In this document: one piece after another, positions 14,112 to 27,700 of the stretch
How the letters are laid out: the number at the start of each line of letters is the position of its first letter
How positions within the stretch are numbered: the stretch's first letter is position 1
Assembly: GCF_006345805.1 (NCBI RefSeq)
Contig: NC_043011.1
Span: 21,588,464 to 21,652,463 of the forward strand
DNA length: 64,000 nucleotides
Reading direction: 5' to 3'
Origin: Octopus sinensis
Taxonomy: Eukaryota
The notes under the pieces: generated by a model
Seen by the model: only the letters and a program-made list of their open reading frames with translations
Database searches by the model: none
Told to the model about the DNA's origin: nothing
Position numbers and translations under genes: made by a program

Positions 14112-14258
14112 GTGAAATATTGGATGACAAAAGATCAATATGTCAATAAATACAGAGAACAGTATGAAGAAGTTATTTCATACATTAAATCGAACATTAA
14201 ATTGATGGATAAGAACTATAAGAGAGTATCTGATTGGTTGGACCAGCAGGCAATATAA
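14112..14258 (+). CDS. M1 aminopeptidase terminal coding exon
   Basis: Acceptor ttttccag|G. Reads VKYWMTKDQYVNKYREQYEEVISYIKSNIKLMDKNYKRVSDWLDQQAI*, matching the ..E.I..NI.W...N...I..WL end of APN-like enzymes. Stop TAA at 14256-14258. Confidence 0.88.
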   Translation: MKYWMTKDQYVNKYREQYEEVISYIKSNIKLMDKNYKRVSDWLDQQAI

Positions 14259-15448
14259 ACGTGCCATAGTGATTGGTCAATTACACAAACAGACCATGAA
14301 ATCACTGAAAAGAAAATTCTATAATAACATATCAACAATAATAATTATCAAACAAAAAAAAAAGAGGAAAACATTGTGGTCAATTTTTACAATTATTATT
14401 TTTTTGTTGCATTATATACTTTATTATAATCTTGCATTTCTTTTTTTTTTTTTTTTCCTGTCACAATTTCGAAAAATTATGTGAGAAAATATTTTCTAAG
14501 ATGCTTCCTGTAAAAAAAAAAAAAAATCCAATCATTTAATGGTTTCAATAACTATTTGGAATATGATGTTGGTCTCGAGAGAAGAACTTGTAAATTTACC
14601 ATAGGAATCATCTGTAAATTTGCTATTTTCAATAGAAGTTTAGAAACATTTTTTATAAGAAGTGAGTTCATATAGGTTATATATGTACATGTGTGTGTAT
14701 GTATGTATGTATGTATGTGTATGTATGTATGTATGTATGTATGTATGTATGTACGTATGTATGTATGTATGTATGCATGTATGTATGTATGTATGTATAT
14801 ATATGTGTGTGTGTGTATATGTGTGTGTATATATATGTATATATGCATATCAATATGTATATATACAACTATACACACATATATAAATACATATATATAT
14901 ATTATTTATGTATATATATGTATGTGTCTGTGTATATATCCATACATTTATATATATATACACAACACACACAACACACATAATATAAATACATATATAT
15001 ATATATATAATATCTATATTATATAGATATATATATATTATATATATATATATTTATGTATATGGTGTGTGTGGTGTGTATACATATGTGCACGGCTTTC
15101 CGATTTAGTGCTTAAACGCAAGGAACAACCATTAAGTTTAAAGCTCAATGCATTACACCAGGTGAAACTCTGAACATTAGATATCAGTGCACTAATGTGC
15201 AGAAGGTTGCATATTACGAGAAACTCCCTAGAGTGGACGCAGAGAGCAAAGACATTTGCAAGAATAAGAGAAGACAAATGATATTGGTGATATTTCAAAT
15301 ATCTGTATCCTACATTATTTTCAATAACTCTGTAAGAATTGAATATCCAAAATATGACTTGTGTTGTTTGTCTTCTGCTATTATTTCAAACATGTATACA
15401 CACACACACACACACACATATGCATGTATGTATGTACATACATATATA

Positions 15449-15481
<33 letters not shown>

Positions 15482-15581
15482 CCGGAGTAAACACATAAAT
15501 GTGAAACAAGGTGGAAAAAAAGAGTACTCAAATACCAGGGGTAGAGTAATATGCTTTATTTAAAAGCAGCAGAAATTCAAC

Positions 15582-15629
15582 AAAACCTGTTACTCTGAGT
15601 TTCACGTTCCCGTTCGTCGGACAGTTTTT
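15582..15629 (-). ncRNA. Minimal type I hammerhead ribozyme motif (Penelope pLTR type)
   Basis: AAAAACTGT-CCGACGA-ACG(GGAA)CGT-GAAA-CTC(A)GAG-TA-ACAGGTTTT: stem I, core with U4C, 3-bp stem II with tetraloop, palindromic stem III, GUA cleavage triplet. Confidence 0.7.
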
Positions 15630-16361
15630 GTTAAAACACTGTTTAATTTCTGCTGCTTTTAAATAAAGTATATATATAGATATAGATATACACACACACA
15701 CACACATATATATATACGTATATATACATATATATACGTGTATATAATATATATATACGCATATACATATATATATATATACATATACATATATATACAT
15801 ATACACATATACATATATATACATATACACATATATATACATATATATATATACATACATATATATATATTTCTATATACATATATATATGTATATATAC
15901 ACACACACACACACGAATATATGTGTGTGTGTGTGTGTGTGTGCCACTGTGTGTTTGTGTGTGTGTATTCAAATGGTTCTAAAGAAGCTATAAGATGTTG
16001 CATGTGCACTGAACACTGGGAACATTGTTCTTTAAAGCAGAAACAACTATAAGCAAGTGGAAGTAGCTACATAACTCCAGTTTGTTTGTTTTTTGTCATT
16101 CATTTATTAATCAATAGTACACTCTGTACTGACCTACTGGTTCATATAAGAGTCCAGAGTGGAGAAATTCATAATAAATCACCCCTCTCCATCTCTAGTT
16201 CTCACTAATAATGTAAAATATAAGTAAAATGAGTTTTAACAATTGGTTGCTGATGTCTTATAGTAATCATAAAATATTTATAAATATATATATATTTATA
16301 TATGCATATACATACACACATACAAGTGCACACACATGCAGACACATATATAAATACATAC

Positions 16362-16396
<35 letters not shown>

Positions 16397-16604
16397 TGTA
16401 TGTATGTATGTATGTATGTATGTATGTATGTATGCATGTATAGTGGAACCTTGGTTTACGAGTTTAATATGCTCCTGAAGGCCGTTCATCACCTGAGATG
16501 TTTTATGTTAAAAAAATTGATTATGAACTGATTCGTTCATAATGAGAAGCATCCATAAATCAGAGTTTTATTACATATATGCATGCGCGTGTGTATGTAG
16601 GGAG

Positions 16605-16645
<41 letters not shown>

Positions 16646-16743
16646 TAAATATACATAGATTCACACACAGAGATATATACATACATATACAGATATATAT
16701 ACATGTGACCCACACACACACCACACACACACACACACACACA

Positions 16744-16795
<52 letters not shown>

Positions 16796-17537
16796 ATGAA
16801 ATAAACAGAGAAGCTGCCCTATGAAGAAACCACAGGTATAACTCAGAGGTGTTGCAAGCTCTTCTTGTAAGTCTGTCACAATATTGGAAATCATTCCATA
16901 ACATCAGCAGGTATGTCTTGTGGGGTCATCACAAGCATTTTACTCCTTAGCCAGTCTTCTTCGCCTGAGTAGCAAAGACTGAATTAGTTTTCACTTGCAA
17001 AAGGGTTCCATTTGCAGTCTCTTATCAACCATAGCCACCTTGAGCCTGTTTTGGCTGTCAGGCCAATCTCCTTGGTGGCTTTCTTCAATTGTTTAAGTTC
17101 CAGTCCAATATTCTGCAGGAAATAGTGCATACACACACAAACCAAACTGAATTTCTCTCTAAAGTTTTCATGCTACCAGAATCATTAGGCATGAACCAAA
17201 ATTACTCTGCACATTTATTCCTTTATTATACATCATTAAGGGCTAGCCCTATGTTTTATGTCTTTTGGTTAGATTGATTTTGGCATTACTTATGTCTGAT
17301 TGGTTCATAATGATGTGCTTCATCACAATTCTTACTTCGGAGCATGTTTATCTTCCTGTCAATTACTCTGATTTTGTTATGTTATTTTTGTTTTACCCTT
17401 TAGCATTCAGATTACTATGTCAAATGTAATGATTATTTATTCATATTGTTACGAATTAATCATACATTATCTCATAAAACTTGAATTTAATGATTTGATT
17501 CTTTCTTTTTAGAATGACAGATTGCAGGGTATGTATA

Positions 17538-17609
<72 letters not shown>

Positions 17610-17619
17610 TATATATAAA

Positions 17620-17650
<31 letters not shown>

Positions 17651-18055
17651 AATACATATATATTGATGAACTAAACATCAGAGAAGCTTCGCCCTATGAA
17701 GAAACTACAGGTGGATCTGGCCCATATGAACATGTAAGAGGTAGAATATTTTTGCTAGATATGGCCAGTTTCAATGCTAATGGGCTTAGATCACACACAC
17801 ACACACAAACACACATGTCAGTAGTTAATATATCTGAAAAAGAAGCATACTCTAAAACAACAGAGCAGTAGTATCTTTAGATGGTTATTTGTTATTGCCA
17901 GTCAGAAAGTCGCCATTGGTTCTGCAGCTATAAAGCGCTCAGCTGAATAGGCAACTCATCCCTTATGCAGCTAAGTGCTATATAGGTGTGAAACCAATGG
18001 TCAGTCTCTGACCATCCATAACAAACAACCTTCAAAGTGTATATATATAACATGC

Positions 18056-18124
<69 letters not shown>

Positions 18125-19657
18125 CATGCATGCATGTTTGTGTGTATGAAACAAAAATGAGCTAAGAGATATAACTCAGAGTGAGCAATGGCATGATTTT
18201 GAACAACAAAAACAAATAAAGTTATACTAAATCCCATACAAAATAAATTCTTGAATTATTGAAATTTTTCTTTCCTTCAAAATACATAATAAACAAATTC
18301 CTGGTGTTAATTGCATTCATTTCCAAATGAGAAACAAAATTAATCTCAAGAATCAATAATTGCCCAGAATTGGAATATCATTAAGGAAAAAGATACAATG
18401 ATTGTCATATGTGTATACGCCTACATATGTGTATATGCTCCTTGCATCTTACCATCCTCAAGATCATCAGAAATGAAAGAAACTTGGTGTCCATCATTGT
18501 GGATACCTTTATGAAATCTACACAGAGCCACTTATGACTGTACTTGCACACCTTTTGGTTCTAGTTGAAACTTTTACACATAGAAGCAGAGCATTGAAAG
18601 TGGTTTGATTAGTGAGATGAGTCTAATGTGGAATAGATGGTTGGCCACACTAGCTATCACAAAAAGCATATATCTAGAACCACAGTCAGACAATAAAAAT
18701 GGTTAGACTTGTCAACATAGTTGCAGCAATGTACTCATGTATTTTCAACATGTATGCATGTATATATGCATGTATATATGCATGTATGTATGTATGTATG
18801 TATGTATGTATGTATGTATGTATGTATGTATGTATGTATGTATGTATGTATGTGTATGTATGTATGTATGAATACATATATGTATTAATATGTATGTATG
18901 TATGTATGTATGCATGTATGTATGTGTATGTATGTATGTATGTATACATATATGTATTTATATGTATGTATGTATGTATGTATATATTTATATGTACGAG
19001 AGTAAGCTCATAAATATGAAACAAGGTGAAATAAACAGTACTCGAATACTGGAGGTAGAGTAAAATGCTTTATTAATAAAATTGCAAAGACATCACAAAA
19101 ACTGTTACTCAGGGTTTCACATTCCCGTCCCTCGGACAGTTTTGGTTGAGAATGGAGCAAAATGTGGTCATATGCATAAATATAGAATTATGTTGATAGA
19201 TACACATTTGAAAAAAGTTTTGTTTCATTGGCCCTTTCAACCAACAGTCTTTTCAATGACCGATTATATGAAATTACAATTATGATTTAAATTCATATTA
19301 TTATATAAATCTATGAAAACCTTAAATAATATGATTTTAATTTGTAATTGTAATTTCATATAACCAGTTATTGAAAAGACCATTAGTTGCAAGGACCAAT
19401 GAAACAAAACAATTTTTAAATGTGTATCAACGTAATTGTATATTTATGCTTATAACCATATTTTGTTCCATTCTCAACAAATTGGAACATGAAACTCTGG
19501 GTAATAGTTTTTGTGATTTCTTTGCAGCTTTATTAATAAAGTGTGTGTGTATATATATATAAGTATGTATATATGGTTGTATATGTGAATATATATACAT
19601 ACAGAGAGAGAGAGACAGAGAAATGTATGTGTGTGTATGTATATATATTATATATAC

Positions 19658-19692
<35 letters not shown>

Positions 19693-21251
19693 TGTATGTA
19701 TGTATGCATGTATACATATATACATACACATATATATAAATCAATAAAAAGAGTACAGTGAACTTGGTGTGGGGAGTATAAAATCCAACATATCAGAGTT
19801 CTATAAATATATGAATATATATATATATAAAGGAATAATGAGAAACTGGAGTTATTGAAGTTAATTAGAGTTTATTATCAGCGAAATCAATCATTATCTC
19901 TTACAGCTGTTTCAATTAAGCTCAGTGAAAATAAATATTAAAATCATATTTCTGAACTTAATCTTTTCAGAGGGAGGAAGAATATACCCTTAGATATTTC
20001 ATGCATTAGTAATTTGAATCATCATGGCAGACTCCGTGATGATTCATGTAACTAACTGTGAATCTACGCAAGGAGCAGGTTCCAAGGGAGGAGAATAATA
20101 AATGAATAAATAACATTCACTGCAGCTGTTTCCAATGAATTTTTAATTTAGTAATGAAGACATTATATTATTAGAGAAAACTGTTTTCATCAGGTGAATA
20201 TATGAGCTACAACATTCAAAACTATTCAAAATCCAATGAGATGTGCATCTTCATGATTCTGAACCCTTGCTCATAATTCAATAGTTAGCAAAGATCATGA
20301 GAAAGAGTGGCACACCCTCGGGTGGGTATATAAACTGATACTTGGCACGACGGAGCTTTTCTTTTTGCCTGCATTTAGTAAGTTTTGAAGTGAGAGTCAG
20401 TCCTTGCAATCCAATCCTACTCTGTAGACTTGGAAGTCTGACCAGATTGGCTAAGCAGGCTAAGACCACTGCAGTGACCAGTAAGCTGTAGGCTTAACAT
20501 TAGAGCAGCCTTCTCCCAGGATAATTGCTTTACGGGGTTGGAGAGCTCCACCTATCCTAAACCTGCTGGAAGGATGTCAAAAAGGGCACTGGACCATCTG
20601 AGGGACTTCACTATTTGATATGCTGTCAAAATAGACCCTCCAAGCCTTTTCTTTTCCCAAGGTACTCACATGACAGTGAGAATTTGTGCATGGAGCTTCT
20701 TCCATAACATGCTAATTAAACCATAGCTAGAACCCTGATAGATGCTACAACACCAGATCAGGGTATAACTAGAAACAACAGTAGCTAAGATGTGGTTCCA
20801 CATTCCAAAACTAACCCTGGGACTCCCAAACCAGGGCCTCCACTACCAGATGCAGTTTAAAATCATACCCAAGGTAAATAGATACATATACATGCACACT
20901 GTACATCATATATATATATATATACATACATACATATATATATATCAGAATTTTAATTGATTTGCTTTTCGCGGGAAGGAATTTTTCTTCGAAGTATACG
21001 TCTCGCTTTTATCCTTCGAACGTTTAGTAGATGAAATCTAGCGACTGAAGAGGGGATTTTCGTTGTGCTTATTGTCCTGTATCTCTCCCTTTTTTTTGTC
21101 TTGTCTTGTTCTTGGTTTGTGTCTATGTGTTTCGTCTCTCTATGTGTTCGACGTCTTTTTGGTGTCCTGTACACATATATGCGTGTATATGTACATGTAG
21201 AGGTAGGTACGTACATATATGTTTATATATATGCATATATTCTATTTTATT

Positions 21252-21300
<49 letters not shown>

Positions 21301-21842
21301 CAAAACGGGAAGTTGGACAATTTATTGGCATTATTTATTCACCATTATACATGTTTTGTTGCTAATAGGAATTACAGAGTTTTACGTGTTAGATAAACAT
21401 ATAAGGAATTTCCAATTAGAAATTCATTTGACAAAGAAATTAAATAATATTTGATAAAATTATAATTATTTAAATGATTTTTAATTAAGTAACATTTAAT
21501 TAAATGATATTATTTAATTTCTCTGGCAAATGAATCGAAAATTCCTCACATGTAAAACATGTAACATATAAAACTCTGTAATTCCTATTAGCAAATGGAA
21601 CATATGTAACGGGGTGGGGGTGGTGGCGGTAAATGATACAAATAAGTTTTCCAACTTCCTCTTTCCTTATACTATAACTCTGCAAACAATATTTCCAGAA
21701 TTTCCAACTTTGAAATGTGCTTTGCATCTGTACATCAACAACAACAGCATCTACATATTGAATTGTGATAATGGGATATGCAGCTTCAAGAGGAAACAGC
21801 TGGGAATTTACCCTATCTACCTATATTTTATACATACATACA

Positions 21843-21875
<33 letters not shown>

Positions 21876-21948
21876 GTATATTACATATTATATATTTATA
21901 TTTATAATATAATATATATATATATATATACATATATATATACATATA

Positions 21949-22031
<83 letters not shown>

Positions 22032-22049
22032 ACTGTGCCACCTGCACAG

Positions 22050-22105
<56 letters not shown>

Positions 22106-22279
22106 CTGTGCAGGTGGCACGTAAAGCACCCACTACACTCACGGAGTGGTTGGTGTTAGGAAGGGCATCCAGCTGTAGAAACATTGCCAGATTAGACTGG
22201 AGCCTGGTGCAGCCTTCTGGCTTCCCAGAACCCCGGTCGAACCGTCCAACCCATGCTAGCATGGGAACGGGCGTTAAAC

Positions 22280-22313
<34 letters not shown>

Positions 22314-22362
22314 ATATAAATATATATGTATATGTATATATACATATATATTATATATATAC

Positions 22363-22426
<64 letters not shown>

Positions 22427-22443
22427 TATATATATATATATAG

Positions 22444-22490
<47 letters not shown>

Positions 22491-22688
22491 TATATATATA
22501 TCCAATATATATATTATATATTATATATATATATATATATTATATATATATATATATATGCTTTATTTAAAGCAGCAGAAAATTCAACAAAACCTGTTAC
22601 TCTGAGTTTCGCAAAAAACTGTCCGATGAACGGCAACGCGAAGCTCAGAGTAACAGGTTTGTTGAATTTTCTGCTGCTTTAAATAAAG

Positions 22689-22739
<51 letters not shown>

Positions 22740-23148
22740 CTGTGTGTACATACGCATATACATATACATGCATATATAAACCTATGTATACACACACTTG
22801 TTTATATACACATACACACACACACATAATATATATATATATGTATGTATACCTGTACATATGTATGCATGTCAGTGTGTGTTTATAGTGATGTGTTTAT
22901 TATATCAAAAACAAAAACTTTCAATATAATAAATACAACAGTCAATTCTATCCTTTGTACAGAGTTCAATATCAGAAAATGTTTGCACTATATGATGTAT
23001 TTGGAAAAACTCGTGCGTGTGTGTGTGTGGCGCCTGCACGTTATTTATAAATATATGCATGTGTATATATAAATGTATGTATGTATATATATATCTATCT
23101 ATTATATATATCAAGTATGATGTATGTATGTATATATGTATAGTATAG

Positions 23149-23202
<54 letters not shown>

Positions 23203-23236
23203 CATACGTATAAGTATTTATATGTATAATATAAAT

Positions 23237-23267
<31 letters not shown>

Positions 23268-24733
23268 CTGTAGAGCATTACTGTTTTGAGGAAATATATA
23301 ATTATACTACATGTTTACTAAATTTCAAAAAGAAAGAAAATGTAAATAAATTATTTCAAATATCGATTTTTGACAATTGGCAAATGGTGCCATAGAAGAA
23401 ACAGTTACTGAATATTTCCTTGGTAATTACCAATGAATATTGGAAACTTATTTACATCCGTAATGTCCCCTAAAAAAAAAATACTCTTGAGAAAGATATT
23501 AATGCCACACAACCTCATTGGTCCCCTCCTTCTCCTCTACCACAATGAGGCATTGTGCCTATGTAAGAAAAAAAATATTGTATTTGACAATTTCAATTAT
23601 TATTTTTTTTTAATGAAAAGCAACTACAAATTTATGAACAAAATACAATTGTAAGCAGTTTCACAGTTATTTGTACTTCATTTTTATTTTTATCTAAATT
23701 GTATTTGCAATGAATTATCATTAAATGATATTTTTATTTAACTATTTTTTTACTCTTATTTCTGTTGTCTTTATTGTTGTGCTTGTATATGTGATACTTC
23801 TCTGAAACTGAGGAGCCGTAGTATTGAAAAGGATGGCTTTATTCCAGGTAATAAAAGATTACACTATGAGAGGGAAAGGAAGAAGTGTCACATAGCTACT
23901 CTCTTTTACTCTTTTACTTGTTTCAGTCATTTGACTGCGGCCATGCTGGAGCACCGCCTTTAATCGAGCAACTCGACCTCGGGACTTATTCTTTTGTAAG
24001 CCCAGTACTTATTCTATCGATCTCTTTTGCCGAACTGCTAAGTAATGGGGACATAAACACACCAGCATCGGTTGCCAAGCAATGCTAGGGGACAAACACA
24101 GACAAACAAACACGCATTTATATATATATATAGATATATACATATATACGATGGGCTTCTTTTAGTTTCTGTCTACCAAATCCACTCACAAGACTTTGGT
24201 TGGCCCAAGGCTATATAGGAAGACACTTGCCCAAGGTGCCACACAGTGGGACTGAACCCGGAACCATGTGGTTGGTAAGCAAGCTACTTACCACACAGCC
24301 ACTCCTGCACCTACCACTATTATGAAAAAAAAAATCTAGTCATAAATCCTTCAGTTTTGTTAACATAACTGGGTCGTTTCAGAAGATGGTAGTATGAAAT
24401 TTGAGGGAATTTTGGTAGCTAACTTTTGCATATTTAGTTACTACATACTGACTTGTATTTGAGGTTGAATTGTTGCAGTTGTTATTGATATTGCATTGAC
24501 CTTAAGCACAGTTATGAACCACATTTGAATGAAATAGAGTGCCTGTGAAGAATATGCCAGTGACTTTGAAGTTTCAGTTAGCTAAATCGTCATCATGTTA
24601 TATATGAATATATATATATATAATAATATATCTATATATATATATATATAAATATATTATATATATATATATTATATATATATATATATATATATTTATT
24701 ATATATATATAATATATATATATATAGATATTA

Positions 24734-24764
<31 letters not shown>

Positions 24765-24791
24765 ATATATATATATTTATATATATATATA

Positions 24792-25197
24792 TAGGCACAG
24801 GAGTGGCTGTGTGGTAAGTAGCTTGCTAACCAACCACATGGTTCCGGGTTCACTCCCACTGTGTGGCATCTTGGGCAGGTGTCTTCTGCTATAGCCCCGG
24901 GCTGACCAATGCCTTGTGAGTGGATTTGGTAGACGGAAACTGAAAGAAGCCTGTCGTATATATGTATATATATATATGTATGTGTGTGTATATGTTTGTG
25001 TGTCTGTGTTTGTCCCCCTAGCATTGCTTGATGCTGGTGTGTTTACGTACCCGTCACTTAGCGGTTCAGCAAAAGAGACCGATAGAATAAGTACTGGGCT
25101 TACAAAGAATAAGTCCCGGGGTCGATTTGCTCGACTAAAGGCGGTGCTCCAGCATAGCCGCAGTCAAATGACTGAAACAAGTAAAAGAGTAAAAGAG
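24792..25197 (+). mobile_element. Abundant tRNA-derived SINE family A (CORE-like domain, GAAACAAGTAAAAGA tail)
   Basis: GGCTGTGTGGTAAGTAGCTTGC head, GGCAYCTTGGGCARGTGTCTT domain, internal TA/TG microsatellite. Other copies at ~11260-11600 (+), 23905-24310 (-), 36250-36612 (-), 37415-37810 (-), 46150-46827 (-). Confidence 0.85.
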
Positions 25198-25438
25198 TAT
25201 ATATATATATATTGGTAAAAATGGTAAGATAACAATAGAAAGAAAGAGACCTCAATATTATGTAAATAGAGGAAATTTATCTGTAAAATAATATGTGACA
25301 ATTAACCAGATAACCGAAGAGATGGTGGTATGGATTTCCACCTCGGCATCCGAAACTCGGAGTTTTATCTTGGCTACCGAATAATTGTCACATATTATTT
25401 ACATATATAACATATATATATATATATATATATATAGT

Positions 25439-25470
<32 letters not shown>

Positions 25471-26949
25471 ATTATATATATATATGTGTATATATATATC
25501 GGCAAAGAGAGACAATAGAATAAGTACTGGGCTTACAAAGAATAAGTCCCGGGGTCGAGTTGCTCAACTAAAGGCGTTGCTCCAGCATGGCCGCAGTCAA
25601 ATGACTGAAACAAGTAAAAGAACAAAAGAATATATATATATCTTTAAAAATAATCTCCTAATTTTCATTATCTGTCCTATGGGATAATGGTGTAATGAAT
25701 ATATAAGTGTTGGTTTAATTCTAAATGTTATAGTTTAGCTAGTAAGCTAGTCAAACAAATATATATACTCGGATTCGAGTACGGTGAATAAGAGATCCAC
25801 TGCCATCCTTATGGACACTCTTACAGCCTTCTACGGTGAATAGAAGGAAGAGTAAGTGATAGAGGGAGATGTGAAGGCATCAACGATGTAAGGGAGACTA
25901 CTGGAGGAGTAACCCAAATCTAGACGCCTCACATCTTCCTGTCGTACAAAGTTTTTAACTTTTGTTTTGCTACGCTTGCACAACTAGGCGAGCATTTTGC
26001 CAGTCATCTCAGTCAGCACCCTTAGATCAAGTCTTCAGTATTTCGTCCATGTCTCCCTCTTGCATAAATTCCTTCTGCTTTGAGCATCTTTACAGCTTAT
26101 GGTCAATTAACCCCGGCGTATTACGACTAAATATTGAATCAATTCCTGACAGAATAATGACAATGCCATCATTGGTGGGGTTTGATCACAAAACTGAAAG
26201 TATGTAACTAAATACATTCCGCAATTTTGAGAAAGGGTTAAGTCTATTACAATCAACGCCAGTGCTAAACTGGTACTTATTTTATTGATGCTGAAAGAAT
26301 GAAAGGCAAAGTTGACCTCGGCAGAATTTGAACTCAGAACATAAAGATGGATCAAATATCACTAAGCATTTTGCTTGGTGTGCTAACGACTCTGCCAGCA
26401 CCCTGCCTTTTTCTTGGGTTTAATATTGGACATTAAAGAAAGAGAGACAGAGAGAGAGAGGGGGAGACAGACAGACACACACACACACACACACACAGAA
26501 AGAGAGAGACAGAGAGAAAAAGAGAGACGGACAGAGACAGACAGGCTAAAGGGAAATAACTCTAGATTACTAGAAGAAAGAAAAGTATAAGGAAACAATA
26601 AAATATAGTTACTGAGTAATTAATATCTATTAAACGAATGGACACCCAAGGAAAATCCAAGGCAAGCGTTACTTGCGGCAAACATTATTAAAAGGAATTA
26701 ACTAATTAAAGTACTTGTTCCTCGTCTGCTAGGGAATAGGGCAGCCTCAGTGCTCTGCCATTCGCCGTTCTTTGGCCAACGCGAGGATATTACTTCCGCT
26801 TCACCCACCCAACCCTATCTAAATTAGCTTCATTCAGATTGCAAATACCACATATTTGCAGCCTTGCCTCACGGAGTAGAAGTCAAAGAAGAAAAATGGG
26901 TGCTAGTATAGTATTCGATCTACCACAGTGTCAAACAGAGTTATCTACC

Positions 26950-27700
26950 TTATCTTTCAATTATTTCAGAGATAAAACACTTCAGATATTTCAGAGATTT
27001 CTTTCTTTTTTACCAGAATCATAGTTTTAGCATCTAACCATGATCACTCAATGGCTTGAGTGTGTGATCCGGTATACAATAATTTCATTCATTATTATTA
27101 TTATAATGTCGTTGATGTTCACTATCATATACGGATAACCTATGGCATTTAAATCATTATAAGCTGGCCACTCATCTGAATGAATTAGTGAACCTTTTTC
27201 ACTTTTTCTTTCCACACAAAAGTATCGACAGTCTGAGCCTTGTTTGAGACTAAAAACCCACGGCCGATCGATTCTACGTCTATGGTTCTTGTTGTTTCGT
27301 TCTGCATCACTGTCTTGGAAGAGAGGAGCGTCGTTGCCATTCAGTATTCTTCCTCAATTGTATTTTCGTCGACCAGTAAATCTTGCTTCGTCGATCTGAC
27401 TGGGGTTATCGTTTGTTCTAACCATCTTCCTTCGTCGTACATGATAAACTATGAATCCACACACCTCGCGGCACATATTATACCAGTCAGTTATTGCTGG
27501 GGGTCATGGGTATATCCATGACAAAGAAAAATATTAGTTCTAAAACCTCACTCAGGCTCAGCTAGCAGTTTAATTTGTTAATGTCCGTATAATGGGAAAA
27601 TTGGTTTCTTTCACATACTGAACGTTCAAGGTAGATAACCTGGCTTATACAGTTTGACAACGTGGTAGACCGCATCCGAAAATGTTCAGATAAGCAACTC
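26950..27700 (-). mobile_element. Decayed Merlin (IS1016/ISXO2-like) DDE transposase relic
   Basis: Minus strand reads QIDEARFTGRRKYN*GRIL (~27400), PWVFS, GSLIHSDEWPAYNDLNAIGY (~27170) and HTQAIE*SWLDAK (~27060), the EIDE / SD.W.AY / HTQ.IE..W motifs of the Merlin/IS1595 family. Boundaries approximate. Confidence 0.8.
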
